From Candidatus Latescibacterota bacterium (GTDB lineage: Bacteria > Latescibacterota > UBA2968), in NCBI GenBank assembly GCA_965205975.1, contig OZ242195.1:2496001-2560000 (forward strand): 64,000 nucleotides of DNA, read 5' to 3'. The translations under genes were made by a program, and so were the position numbers. Below the pieces are notes generated by a model, which saw only the letters and a program-made list of their open reading frames with translations, did not search any database and had not been told where the DNA came from. Position 1 is the first letter of the stretch, and the number at the start of each line of letters is the position of its first letter. Of this stretch, positions 39,297 through 49,634 are shown piece after piece.

Positions 39297-39343
39297 AAAA
39301 AGAAAGACCGCGAGTCGAAATATCTCGCGGTCTTTCTTTTTTT
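39297..39343 (+). terminator. Rho-independent terminator
   Basis: aaaagaaagaccgcgag..ctcgcggtctttctttttt. Confidence 0.88.
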
Positions 39344-39433
39344 AGAAATCGGTTGACAGCACCTTCAATCGCCTATTACATTTGATCTTTTCCAAACAAA
39401 AATACCGAAAACCCAACTCACAAAGGAACGCAC

Positions 39434-40525
39434 ATGTCCAACGACAACATCATTCGCGTCGCCATCGGCGGCCAGGGTCGCAGTGGATACAACATCCATG
39501 CCAAACAATTGAACCAGATGCCCGACAAATTCAAAATTGTAGCCGTAGCCGATCAATTGCCCGAGCGCAGACGCGATGCCCGCGAACAATTTGGAGCCGA
39601 AGCTTATGAAGACTGGCAAGACATGATCAAAGCAGGTGGATTTGATCTCTTTGTCAATGCCCTGCACCAGCCCCTGCACCCTGTCGCCAGCATTGCCGCT
39701 CTCCAGGAGGGTTCCCATGTCGTATGCGAAAAACCCACCTGCAAAACCGTGGCACAATTCGACGACATCGTTCAAACAGCCAGAGACAACAACCGCGTCT
39801 TTGCCCCCTTCCAAAACAACCGGTTGCAACCTTACTTCGACAAAATACAGGAAATCATCAACTCGGGCGTCCTGGGCAAAATCGTGTACATCCGATCCTC
39901 CTGGGGCGGTTTTTCGCGGCGCTGGGACTGGCAAACCCGTCAGGAAAACTGGGGCGGTGGTCTGCTCAACACAGGACCTCATCCCGTCGATCAAGCCCTC
40001 TGCCTCTTTGGCTTTGACCGCACCCCCAGCGTCTTTGCCCGAATGGACTGCAACAACCCCTTTGAAGGCGACGCCGACGATCACTGCACCGTCACATTGT
40101 ACGACCCCGAACGACAGGCACCCCAAATCGACATCGTCGTCAGCAACTACCTGCATTATCCGCAAAACGACACCTACACCATTAACGGCACCTATGGCGG
40201 TCTCACAGGGGGATCATCAGCACTCAAATGGCGTTATTTTGACCCCGAAAAAGCACCCAAACACGACATGTGGACATGGTCGGTAAACCGACAGTACACC
40301 CGCGAAGAGCTCGACTGGATCGAAGAAACGTGGACACTCGAAGAAGAAAAGAAAAACAACAGTTCTCCCTCCGTCTCACTCGAAAGCGGTCCCGCACGTT
40401 TCTACAACAACATCTACGATGTCCTCAAAAACAACGGCGAACTCCTCATCGCACCCGCGCAAGTACGCACACAAATCGCCGTCATAGAAGAATCCCACCG
40501 GCAAAACCCGCTTCCGAAAAAGTAA
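39434..40525 (+). CDS. Gfo/Idh/MocA oxidoreductase
   Basis: GQGRSG, VVCEKP, GGGLLNTGPHPVD. Confidence 0.92.
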   Translation: MSNDNIIRVAIGGQGRSGYNIHAKQLNQMPDKFKIVAVADQLPERRRDAREQFGAEAYEDWQDMIKAGGFDLFVNALHQPLHPVASIAALQEGSHVVCEKPTCKTVAQFDDIVQTARDNNRVFAPFQNNRLQPYFDKIQEIINSGVLGKIVYIRSSWGGFSRRWDWQTRQENWGGGLLNTGPHPVDQALCLFGFDRTPSVFARMDCNNPFEGDADDHCTVTLYDPERQAPQIDIVVSNYLHYPQNDTYTINGTYGGLTGGSSALKWRYFDPEKAPKHDMWTWSVNRQYTREELDWIEETWTLEEEKKNNSSPSVSLESGPARFYNNIYDVLKNNGELLIAPAQVRTQIAVIEESHRQNPLPKK

Positions 40526-40546
40526 AGCACAACAAAGGGAAACCCC

Positions 40547-41398
40547 ATGAGCATCCCCATCTTAGACACCCATCAACACCTCATCTACCCGGACAAATAC
40601 CCCTATTCGTGGACCGAGGCACACCCACCACTCAAAAACACAGCCTTCCACATCGAAGACTATTTGACCCTCACAAAAGACAGCGGCATCACCCGCACCA
40701 TTTTCATGGAAGCCTCGCCCGATGACCCCCACTGGCATGACGAAACGCAATTTGTTTATGAATTATCCGAACAACCCAATGCCATAATCGATGGCGTCAT
40801 CGCCAACTGCCGTCCCGAATCCCCTTCTGACTTTGAAGCCTATATCGAATCTGTTCAGCACCCCAAACTCGTCGGCTTCCGCCGCATCCTGCACACCATG
40901 CCCGACGACCTCTCCCAATCGGATCACTTTACAACAAACATCCGCCTGCTCGAAAAATACAACCTCACCTTCGACCTCTGCTTCCGCGCCGACCAACTCC
41001 CCATCGCCCGCAACCTCGCGCAAAAATGTCCAAACGTCCAATTCATCCTCGACCACTGCGGCGTGCCGGACATTGCAAACAGCGAAACAGACCCCTGGCG
41101 CGACCACATCGCGCAAATAGCCGCCCTCCCCAATGTCGCATGCAAAATATCGGGCGTCCTCGCCTATTGCGCCGAGGGAAATGCCACCACCGAAGCGGTA
41201 CGCCCTTATGTCGAACACTGCATCGCCAGCTTTGGCTGGAATCGCGTGGTCTGGGGCAGCGACTGGCCCGTATGCAACACGCGGTCCGATATCCAGACCT
41301 GGGTTCAAATATCGCGCGAAATCGTCGCCAATGCCGACGTAGCGGACCAAGAAAAACTCTTCCACAAAAACGCGGAACGCATCTATCTCAAAAAATAA
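40547..41398 (+). CDS. Amidohydrolase_2 family (sugar lactonase-like)
   Basis: DTHQH, ILDHCG, CKISG, WGSDWP. Confidence 0.9.
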   Translation: MSIPILDTHQHLIYPDKYPYSWTEAHPPLKNTAFHIEDYLTLTKDSGITRTIFMEASPDDPHWHDETQFVYELSEQPNAIIDGVIANCRPESPSDFEAYIESVQHPKLVGFRRILHTMPDDLSQSDHFTTNIRLLEKYNLTFDLCFRADQLPIARNLAQKCPNVQFILDHCGVPDIANSETDPWRDHIAQIAALPNVACKISGVLAYCAEGNATTEAVRPYVEHCIASFGWNRVVWGSDWPVCNTRSDIQTWVQISREIVANADVADQEKLFHKNAERIYLKK

Positions 41399-41453
41399 GA
41401 ACGGTCCCTCATAAAGAGAGACCGTCTAATCGTGACACATCTCAATTCTGTCT

Positions 41454-41696
41454 CTAACTCTCCTCTCCCCCGTCTGTGCGATCTTGCTCAACCTTCTGAG
41501 CAGCGGACATCCCGTCCTTTTTACCCATATTATAGGCGTGTCGTGTTGCGTGTTGTAATGCATATATTCCTATCCCGCATATTAGGGCTACAACAACAAC
41601 AAATGGCAGATCAAACCCGAAAATAAATCGAACTGCGGCTATACCCACCAGACCAGATGCGGCATGGCCGACTCCCACCCAGAAAGACTTATTCAT
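41454..41696 (-). CDS. Small membrane protein
   Basis: Two hydrophobic segments; AGGAGG RBS directly after the SDR stop. Confidence 0.7.
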   Translation of the reverse strand: MNKSFWVGVGHAASGLVGIAAVRFIFGFDLPFVVVVALICGIGIYALQHATRHAYNMGKKDGMSAAQKVEQDRTDGGEES

Positions 41697-41708
41697 AATT
41701 CCTCCTAT

Positions 41709-42506
41709 TTAACCAACACGCGCACTCAATCCTCCATCAACCGGAAGTAAAACACCCGTAATGTACTTCGCCTCATCCGAAGCGAGAAACACCGCAGCGG
41801 CAGCCACATCCCACGCCGACCCCATCTTTTGTTCAAGAGGCACCTGTGCAGCGCGCTCCTGGCGAAGCGCATCCCGGTTGACACCCTGATCTTGAACGCG
41901 AGATTCAATCGCCATAGGCGTATCCATCAGACCGGGCAAAATCGCATTCACGCGCACGCCATAAGGCGCGTTTTCAAGCGCGAGATTCTGCGTAAGCGCA
42001 TTGATCCCCGCCTTGGCGATTTTGTACGCAAGCGTCCTGGGGCGAAAGCACACAGCCGCCGTGGAAGAAATATTGACGATAACACCACTTCCTTGCGCGC
42101 GCATAATGGGAAGCACATATTTACAGGTCAGAAACAACCCCTTGAGATTGATATCCATAAGTCGCTGCCAGTCTTCACCACTCAGATCAACAGAACCACC
42201 GTCTCCCCTCAGCGTGCCGACATTATTGTGCAAAACATCGATACGCCCATAGCGCTGGCCACAAGTCTCGGCAATAGCCCGACAATCATGTTCAATTGTA
42301 ATATCTGCGCCGAGCACCGACGCGCTCCCATTCTCCTGTGCAATCATCCGCGCAGTCTCTTCGGCAGACGCGACATCCTTATCCACCAGAAGCACCTGCG
42401 CGCCCGCTCTGGCAAAGCGAATGGCCGTCGCCCGCCCATTCCCAATAGTCTCACCCGCTGACTGCCCTGCGCCAACAACAATCGCTATTTTATTTTTAAG
42501 CTGCAT
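41709..42506 (-). CDS. Short-chain dehydrogenase/reductase
   Basis: VGAG..IGNG, HNNVG, NISS, YKIAK, ITGVLLPVDGG. Confidence 0.93.
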   Translation of the reverse strand: MQLKNKIAIVVGAGQSAGETIGNGRATAIRFARAGAQVLLVDKDVASAEETARMIAQENGSASVLGADITIEHDCRAIAETCGQRYGRIDVLHNNVGTLRGDGGSVDLSGEDWQRLMDINLKGLFLTCKYVLPIMRAQGSGVIVNISSTAAVCFRPRTLAYKIAKAGINALTQNLALENAPYGVRVNAILPGLMDTPMAIESRVQDQGVNRDALRQERAAQVPLEQKMGSAWDVAAAAVFLASDEAKYITGVLLPVDGGLSARVG

Positions 42507-42512
42507 ATACCC

Positions 42513-43760
42513 TTACTCTCCCGCACACGCATGCACAATATCCGATTGCATATTGACAAACGTATTCCCCTCAATCACCGTTCCGCGCGCTTCGCGCTCA
42601 ATCGCAATCCCCACCTTCTGCTTCTCTCCCCCCGAATCCTCAATCCGATTATCTCGAATCTCCACATCGTACGTCGTACCGCGAATCTCAATCCCATACC
42701 CATTCTCGGCAAAACCATTATCGCGGATCACACACGAATGAATCTCATTTCTGTGCGCCCCTCGAAACTCGGATAAAGGCGTCCGAAACAAAATGCCCAC
42801 CTTGTGATTACCCGCAATCTCGCAATTGACAATCCGGTTATCCGTATCTCTGTGCCCAATTGAAATGCCAAAATCCCGATTGTCCAAACACGCGCAATTC
42901 TCGGCGATGCCATCCGACACACCCCAGCAAAAGAAAATACCCTGACTATTGCCCGTTGACCGGCAATTGAGAAACTGCGGCCTTTGCGATCCACTACCCG
43001 GATGAAAACCCAGATTGGCATTGTTCTCCGACACACAATTTTCAAAAACAAAATCATCGCAAACCTGAAAACTGAACCCATCGCCATTGTAATTGCGCGC
43101 CGTCACATTCCGAAAAGCATAGCGGTGACAGCGCTGCAAAAACACCGCACCCGAATAATTCCCATTGATCTCTTCATTCTCCTCCATATTGCCATCCAGA
43201 ACGATATTCTCAATCGCGACATCGCAAACCCCTTCTTCCGCCGTCAAAATGGGGAAAATCGCCGCCAGCGTCGCCCGTTCATCCAGCCACATATTTTTGT
43301 ACACGCGCTTGCTAAGCGAAATTACCCGTCCCTCAATCGCCGTCACAGTATCTTTCACCACCGTCATCCCGGACTTGCCATAAGACCGCAACATCACCCC
43401 GCATCCCACGCCAAACCCCTGTGCATCTTCCACCTCGACCCGCGCCTCATACCAATCGGAATCCCGCACCAGAAGCGTCACAACCCCCGCAGCCTTCCTC
43501 AACACCGTCGCACTACCCGACCCACGCACAGTCAAATTTGGATGCAGATAAAGCGCGTTCCGCATCGTATATACCCCCGGCAAAATCTGCAAAACACCGC
43601 CACCCAGGCGGTGCAAATAATCCGCACCAGCCTGCAAAACCCGATCATCGCCCCCCTGCAAATCCCCCTCGCCCTGCCCCACCGTCAACACCATCTCCCG
43701 CCGCTCTGTCATAGGCCGATTAGCAGAAAAATTCGACATATCAATGCTCCTCAAATTCAT
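42513..43760 (-). CDS. Right-handed parallel beta-helix (pectin lyase fold) protein
   Basis: ILPGVY, LTVRGSG, repeated N..GI/NC..N units. Confidence 0.85.
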   Translation of the reverse strand: MNLRSIDMSNFSANRPMTERREMVLTVGQGEGDLQGGDDRVLQAGADYLHRLGGGVLQILPGVYTMRNALYLHPNLTVRGSGSATVLRKAAGVVTLLVRDSDWYEARVEVEDAQGFGVGCGVMLRSYGKSGMTVVKDTVTAIEGRVISLSKRVYKNMWLDERATLAAIFPILTAEEGVCDVAIENIVLDGNMEENEEINGNYSGAVFLQRCHRYAFRNVTARNYNGDGFSFQVCDDFVFENCVSENNANLGFHPGSGSQRPQFLNCRSTGNSQGIFFCWGVSDGIAENCACLDNRDFGISIGHRDTDNRIVNCEIAGNHKVGILFRTPLSEFRGAHRNEIHSCVIRDNGFAENGYGIEIRGTTYDVEIRDNRIEDSGGEKQKVGIAIEREARGTVIEGNTFVNMQSDIVHACAGE

Positions 43761-43841
43761 AATTGATGTTACGCAGGTCTGGGGTTTCAGGAAATTTAGG
43801 GTAAGTGCTCTCCGCGATGGATGGCATCCAGTCCGGGAGCT

Positions 43842-46362
43842 TTAACGGGTCGGCTGATAGTTTGTCAAGTTGCCCGCAGGTATGCCCCCATAATCCTCCA
43901 CCCGTTTGTTATCCCGGTCGCTCTCGTGATGCGGAGGCGTGTACGTTAGCATCACATCTTGAGCCGTGAAGGTCGTCCCTGCCTGACCCGTCCAACCCAG
44001 GTCTATTGTCACCGTATTCCCGTCATTGGCGAGGTAATTTTCTCTTTGAGGACGGACGCCTTCGATGATTATTGCCTCCTGCACACCCTGTATCGAGACC
44101 GCGTAGGCGTCAGAGGGAACCTCTGTGACCGGATTCAGTTTCTCGTTGTAGATCAACTTTAGTTCGCCGGTATAAGAGCCTGGGCTTATCTCCTCTGTTT
44201 CCAGCGTCATTCCTATCAGCGTTGGTGGTGTTCGGTCTGCTGGCAGAAAATCTGGCAGTGGCGTGTTGCGAACCGTTTCCCATTCCGTTCGAAGGGCTTT
44301 GAGCCAATCCGGGATGGTGCCATGCCTCAGTTCGAGTTGTGCGTCGAAAAGCGATTCTGGCTCAACCGCGCTGCCCTGGGATTCGTTAAGCTGGACAGTG
44401 TTTTCATTAAAGGTGGCCATATTGCCGTGAAACCCGACGATGATGGGCTTTATCACAACGCGGCCCTGTTGATCAGGACCCCGATTCCAAAAATCGTAAT
44501 GTTGCGACGCTGGTCCCTGATGAAAATTCCAGGCCACAAAATGTCCGAGGTGATGAGGGCAATTCCGTGAGCAGACACCGCTGCTGCCACTCAGGTTGCC
44601 TCCATTGGCGCGGTCAAACAGAGTAGCAATAGGTTCTCCACTTCTTTGAGCGTGAAAATCAAGTGACGCGGGATAATCGTAACGATAATACACGTTTCCC
44701 GAGCGTGGACCCTGTATATTGGGACCGTGTTGATGTCCTGCGAGGTCTTCTGAAAGACCGATCCACGAGTGGTCCGTGTTCCCCAAAAAAGCAAAATGAC
44801 CCTTATTTCCCGCCAGTGTGACGTGATAAACCGACATGGCTGACCCATTAATACCCAGTGCGATACTGGTGTTGATAAACGAGACGCGCCGAACCCAGGA
44901 ATTGACACAGCCACTGAATTGAAGCAAATACCAGCTATAATCGTGAATATAATTCTTATGATGGACAAAATCACCTGTCCACGATCCATGAAAACTGATG
45001 TCTTCAACGCCAACTTCCTCAAGGAACCGGTATTCGTGTACCTCCCAACCATAGCTGCTGTTGACATTGGCGTGCAGGGGCTCATGAAAGCGCATCCGGT
45101 TGTTTTGGATTTCAGCAATGCGGTGCGTTTCATCCACGATAACCCCCCTTTTCCTAATTTCCCAATCGGGACTTGGTGTGAACCCGCCCATAAAATCAGA
45201 GATTGCCGCCTTGCTTTCCATCTTCAGCGTAACCCACTCACCCACATTGAATAGGGAAGCATCTGCGACTGTGACCCAAAAGGTTTCGCGGGTAGCATCT
45301 TCTGTAACAGAGGTGCTTTTTCTCGGGTTGCCCCTATACCTGAACCGAAACATGGCAGGCCAACCCCCACCAGAACTCAAGAATTTTTTGTACATGCTGT
45401 TCACTTGCCGGATGACTGTGCCTCCGGTTCGGCTGCCGCTTCCTCTGAGGACGATATTACTGCTGCGAATCGCAATGGTTGTGAACTCACCCGCTTCGGT
45501 TGTATCGGCATCGGTATTGACGAGAAATTCACCTGGTGGAAAGAAGATAATGCCGCTACCGCTGGCCTCTGCTGCAGCAATAGCAGCCATAATGGCGACC
45601 TGGTCAGACTGATCATCATCGGGGATGGCACCATACGATGTGACATCGTATATGGTATGTGTGACATCGGGAACAGGCTTGCTGAAGTGGTGATAGCCCG
45701 CGTAGGAAAAATCGGGTAGGATAGGTTCGGTACCATTCTCTTTGGCCTCCACAAATTGGCGATAGGTAATCGAGGTCTGTGGGGAACGGACACTGATCCT
45801 CACCGCGATGCTGTCGGTGCCTCCATGATCATCGCGTACGTTCACCGTCACCGAGTAAACGCGCCTGATTTCGTAATCGTAAGAGACCCCTTCCCGTGTC
45901 AGAAGTTGACCGTTGTCTGGGACAATTGTGAATGCACTCGCATCCGGCCTCGCTCAGGCTGTATGTGAGGATATCGTCATCGGCATCGGTGGCAGAAATA
46001 GGTTTACCGATAGGCGTGTCTGCCGAGGTGTTCTCATCCACTGAGCGTATAACAGGAGACGCGAAGGAGAATACCGGCACCTGATTTACCGCTTTGCCAA
46101 AGCTACTGGCAAGGATCAGAAAATCGTCAAATCCAATCGCGCCATCGCCAGTTAGGTCGTATCTTGCCTCATACTTCTCTTGACCCTCCTGAGATCCAAA
46201 CGCCCCTACAAACAGCAAAAAGTCGGGAAAATCGACAATCCCACTCCCGTCAAAGTCGGGGGAAGGTTCCGCAGCGAGAGATAAGGGATGACTCAACAGA
46301 GCGATGAGTATAATTGCAAAACTCAAGGCATATGTTGATCGCACGCAAAGCAGCCTGGACAT
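43842..46362 (-). pseudogene. Frameshifted secreted protein: signal peptide, EF-hand/dockerin-like repeats, cadherin-like domain, DUF4955-like beta-helix lyase, SwmB-like domain
   Basis: ORFs 45829..46392 and 43842..45851 join across one extra base at 45945-45951 (TYSLS | DASAFTIVPDNGQL..DYE); LPDFSYAGY, FFPPGEF motifs. Confidence 0.8.
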
Positions 46363-46412
46363 GTTGAACTTTCCACAAAAGGCAGTCGTCAATCTTTTGA
46401 CGGCGTAAACCT

Positions 46413-47099
46413 TTACACCTGAGCACTGACCTTGTGCACCTTCAAATTCGCATATTCGCCAATCAAAGGCGCCATCTGTCGAAAACCGATCTTGCCACCG
46501 CCCAGCAAAGGCCCATACGTCTGACCATCATCAACCCAGTGAAAAATTTTTAAATCGCGAATATAAAAAACAACCTCTGCACCGCATTTGATCAGCGTAA
46601 TCGAATAGGGCGGTCTGGCATCGACAACAGAAGGCAGGGGATCCGCCCCCTGACAGACCATGTGAAAACCATAACTCTTGCGCAAATTGCAAACCTGAAA
46701 AGCGCGTTCTTTGAGTGCCTTTCGCCGAAAATAAGACACGTGCAACGCATTGATATCGCTGCTGTGATACTGCTTGTATTCTCCAGCCCTCGGCGCCAAT
46801 GACGAATCAAATATATCTTCACCGCCTCGCCCCAAAGCAGAAAAAAACAGAATGCACAATCCCGGCTCGCGCACCGGCCAAAAATCCCATGTCACGGCAA
46901 TATCCGCTGGAAAATCTTCAGGACACCAGAAAACAAAATTTGCCGCCTGCCCTTCCCCGGGATCGCGGCGATTCTCCATTCGCATGCGACCATTCGGGAA
47001 AGTTATTGCAGCATCCCCCTCCAACCGAAACCCTTCAATATCTGACGCTGAAGACAGCGGATTATCGTAAAGCAATTCACCAAATTTAAAATCATCCAT
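46413..47099 (-). CDS. YesU/DUF1961-like protein (in-frame upstream extension to 47243)
   Basis: LYDNPL, NFVFWCPEDFP, NLRKSYGF, GGKIGFRQMAP; own AGGAGAGG RBS before ATG 47099. Confidence 0.8.
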   Translation of the reverse strand: MDDFKFGELLYDNPLSSASDIEGFRLEGDAAITFPNGRMRMENRRDPGEGQAANFVFWCPEDFPADIAVTWDFWPVREPGLCILFFSALGRGGEDIFDSSLAPRAGEYKQYHSSDINALHVSYFRRKALKERAFQVCNLRKSYGFHMVCQGADPLPSVVDARPPYSITLIKCGAEVVFYIRDLKIFHWVDDGQTYGPLLGGGKIGFRQMAPLIGEYANLKVHKVSAQV

Positions 47100-47259
47100 A
47101 ACACCTCTCCTGATGCGCTGACGTACCGGGTCTTTCGCCGCATGAACAGCCTGTCTCAAAAACAGCGGCGCACTGCCAAAAGATACTGAAAACAACGCCA
47201 TCTTGCTGCATTTTATGAACGCCCTGCGAGTCCATTCCATCATCTTAGTCTCCCTCCCT

Positions 47260-47300
47260 AAAAAACAAAAAGCTCTGACAAAACACCAGAGCTTTTCTGT
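47260..47300 (-). terminator. Terminator hairpin after the regulator gene
   Basis: aaaagctctg..cagagctttt with a T-run on the minus strand. Confidence 0.7.
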
Positions 47301-47336
47301 TCCAGCGGCATCAACCCCGGTTTCAGCATATCCATA

Positions 47337-49634
47337 TCAGGGACGTTCGATACCCAATCTTTTCATTCGGCTGTACAGGGTAGAAGACGGCAATTCCAGC
47401 CGCGCCGCCGCGCCTTTTGTTCCCTTTACCTTCCAATTGGTGATTTCGAGCACTTCGAGAATATAGAGACGTTCAAATTCTTCCATAGATACGATTTCGC
47501 GGTCTTGAGAATCCGATAAGGAGGTCCACACCAGGTCGAGAGTAGCACTTTTGATTCGCGAACGGTACGACCCGAGGTCCTCCAATTCGATCCGAGTCCC
47601 CTGGCACACGGTTACGGCTCGCTGTATGGTATGCTCCAGTTCTCGCACATTCCCAGGCCAATCATAGGCTCGCAACTCCTCGATAACCTCTGTCGTCAAG
47701 GGAGCTATATCCTTGCCTATATGCGCCGCCATGCGATCCTTGAAAAACTCCGTTAGGTGTGGTATATCCTCTTTGCGATCGCGTAGAGGCGGTAAATAAA
47801 GCGGAAAAACATAGATGCGATAATAGAGGTCCTCGCGAAAAGCTCCTGTATTGACCATCTCCTCGATATTGCGATTCGTCGATACCAAAATGCGCGTCTG
47901 TCCCTTCAGTATCTCGCTACCCCCAACGCGCTCAAACGTACCTTCTTCCAGCAAGCGCAATAGTTTGGCCTGCGTTTCCAGAGTCATATCGCCGATCTCG
48001 TCCAAAAAGAGCGTGCCATCTTTGGCCAGTTCCACCTTGCCCAGCCTGCGAGAAACAGCACTGGCAAAAGCCCCATTCTCGTGACCAAACAGTTCACTAT
48101 CGATCAATGTCTGGGACAGGGCACCGCAGTTGACCTGAATAAAAGGACCACCATTATGGGCACTCTGTTCGTGTAATACCCGCGCAGCCAATCCCTTACC
48201 CACACCCGTCTCACCCAAGGTGTGGAAGGTGCTACCATCAAAGCGACTGAGACCGCTTTGGGTAGCAATCCATACGTTCCCATGCAGGTCTTCCAGCAGG
48301 TCCTCGACTTTGTCATCTATCAGCCCATCTTCAATCCCATAAAATTTAAGCCCATCTTCGGAATGCCAGCGCGCAAAACCCTTATCTTTGTCGAAAAAAT
48401 TTGGGTAATGAATAAAAAAATAAAACTCGCCATTACGCCCGGCAATCACCGTGCCGATGCGGCCGAAAGGATCTCTCTGTACATTATCCTCAAGAATAGT
48501 TTGTAACTGATCGTCTCGCTGGTAAAAGAGCCTCAATGGGCTACCCCAAAAGTCTCTTTTTCTTGTTATTTTTTCTTTTCCCCAATCGCCAAAAAGAAAT
48601 CTCCCTTGCGAATCCTGGGCAAGTGCACAAATACCTCTTTCGCCTAAACCCGCAATTGTTTGCATTTTTTTGAGCTTATTTCCATCATAGCGGAACAAGC
48701 CATTGCCACCTCCAAACCACAGGTCACCAGCGGAGTCCGCGTAGATGGCGAAACAGTTGTTGATATCAAAACCATCCTCAGTGCCTACGAATTCAAAGTG
48801 CTCGCCATCAAAGCGAAAAACGCTTTTCTCCACACGGTTGAGAAAGGGAGCTATATACCCGATCCATATATCTCCTCGCCTGTCTTGCACGATCTGTGAG
48901 ATCTCAATCATATTGTTGTTTTCAAAAACTGCCGCACTGAGATCAAAAACACTGATACTATGTGCATCGTAAAGCCCGACGCCCCCCCAGGTAGCAAACC
49001 AGAACTGATGCTCGCGGTCCTGGAACACAGCTTTGACTGCGGGATGGGGCAAGCCATCGGCAACGGTAAACCTGCTAAACCCATCTCCATCCTGATAGAA
49101 CACCCCATCTGAAGTGCAAAACCACATCTGACCTTGTGGATCCTGAGCAATACCCCGACACTGACTGGGCCAGAGAGGAGAAGGCGGCTCCTGATAATGC
49201 TGAAGGTATATCGGAATTAAATCGCGGAACACAGTGCCGTCGTAATACCCCAGAGTCCTGTGACCGCCACACCATATACGCCCCTCACTGTCTTCGTAAA
49301 TGAACTGCACAGCACGCCCTGCGATCCCATCGTCCTCCAAATGGTGGAAATCTGCTCCGTCATACCAGCAGACCCCATTTAGTGTACCAAACCACAATCG
49401 CTTCTGACTGTCCTCTGAAACAAAATAAACGCGGTCGCTAATCAGACCATCCTGTCGCGTAAAATTCTGAAACTCGTCCCCGTCGAAGCGACTAACACCG
49501 TTGTCCCAGGTGGCGAACCAGAGATAGCCTATGCTATCCTCCGCAATGTGTTCAATGCGCATCCCAGCCAGACCATTTACCATAGAATAAGTTTGCCAGG
49601 TACCCGTGCGGTCAAGTGTCTTGATCATCGTCAT
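47337..49634 (-). CDS. Beta-propeller (Reg_prop) sensor fused to a sigma54-interaction AAA+ domain and Fis-type HTH; appears internally deleted
   Basis: DSxGxLWF repeats; GETGVGKG, TLFLDEIGD, FREDLYYR, WPGNVREL; C-terminal HTH. Confidence 0.85.
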   Translation of the reverse strand: MTMIKTLDRTGTWQTYSMVNGLAGMRIEHIAEDSIGYLWFATWDNGVSRFDGDEFQNFTRQDGLISDRVYFVSEDSQKRLWFGTLNGVCWYDGADFHHLEDDGIAGRAVQFIYEDSEGRIWCGGHRTLGYYDGTVFRDLIPIYLQHYQEPPSPLWPSQCRGIAQDPQGQMWFCTSDGVFYQDGDGFSRFTVADGLPHPAVKAVFQDREHQFWFATWGGVGLYDAHSISVFDLSAAVFENNNMIEISQIVQDRRGDIWIGYIAPFLNRVEKSVFRFDGEHFEFVGTEDGFDINNCFAIYADSAGDLWFGGGNGLFRYDGNKLKKMQTIAGLGERGICALAQDSQGRFLFGDWGKEKITRKRDFWGSPLRLFYQRDDQLQTILEDNVQRDPFGRIGTVIAGRNGEFYFFIHYPNFFDKDKGFARWHSEDGLKFYGIEDGLIDDKVEDLLEDLHGNVWIATQSGLSRFDGSTFHTLGETGVGKGLAARVLHEQSAHNGGPFIQVNCGALSQTLIDSELFGHENGAFASAVSRRLGKVELAKDGTLFLDEIGDMTLETQAKLLRLLEEGTFERVGGSEILKGQTRILVSTNRNIEEMVNTGAFREDLYYRIYVFPLYLPPLRDRKEDIPHLTEFFKDRMAAHIGKDIAPLTTEVIEELRAYDWPGNVRELEHTIQRAVTVCQGTRIELEDLGSYRSRIKSATLDLVWTSLSDSQDREIVSMEEFERLYILEVLEITNWKVKGTKGAAARLELPSSTLYSRMKRLGIERP

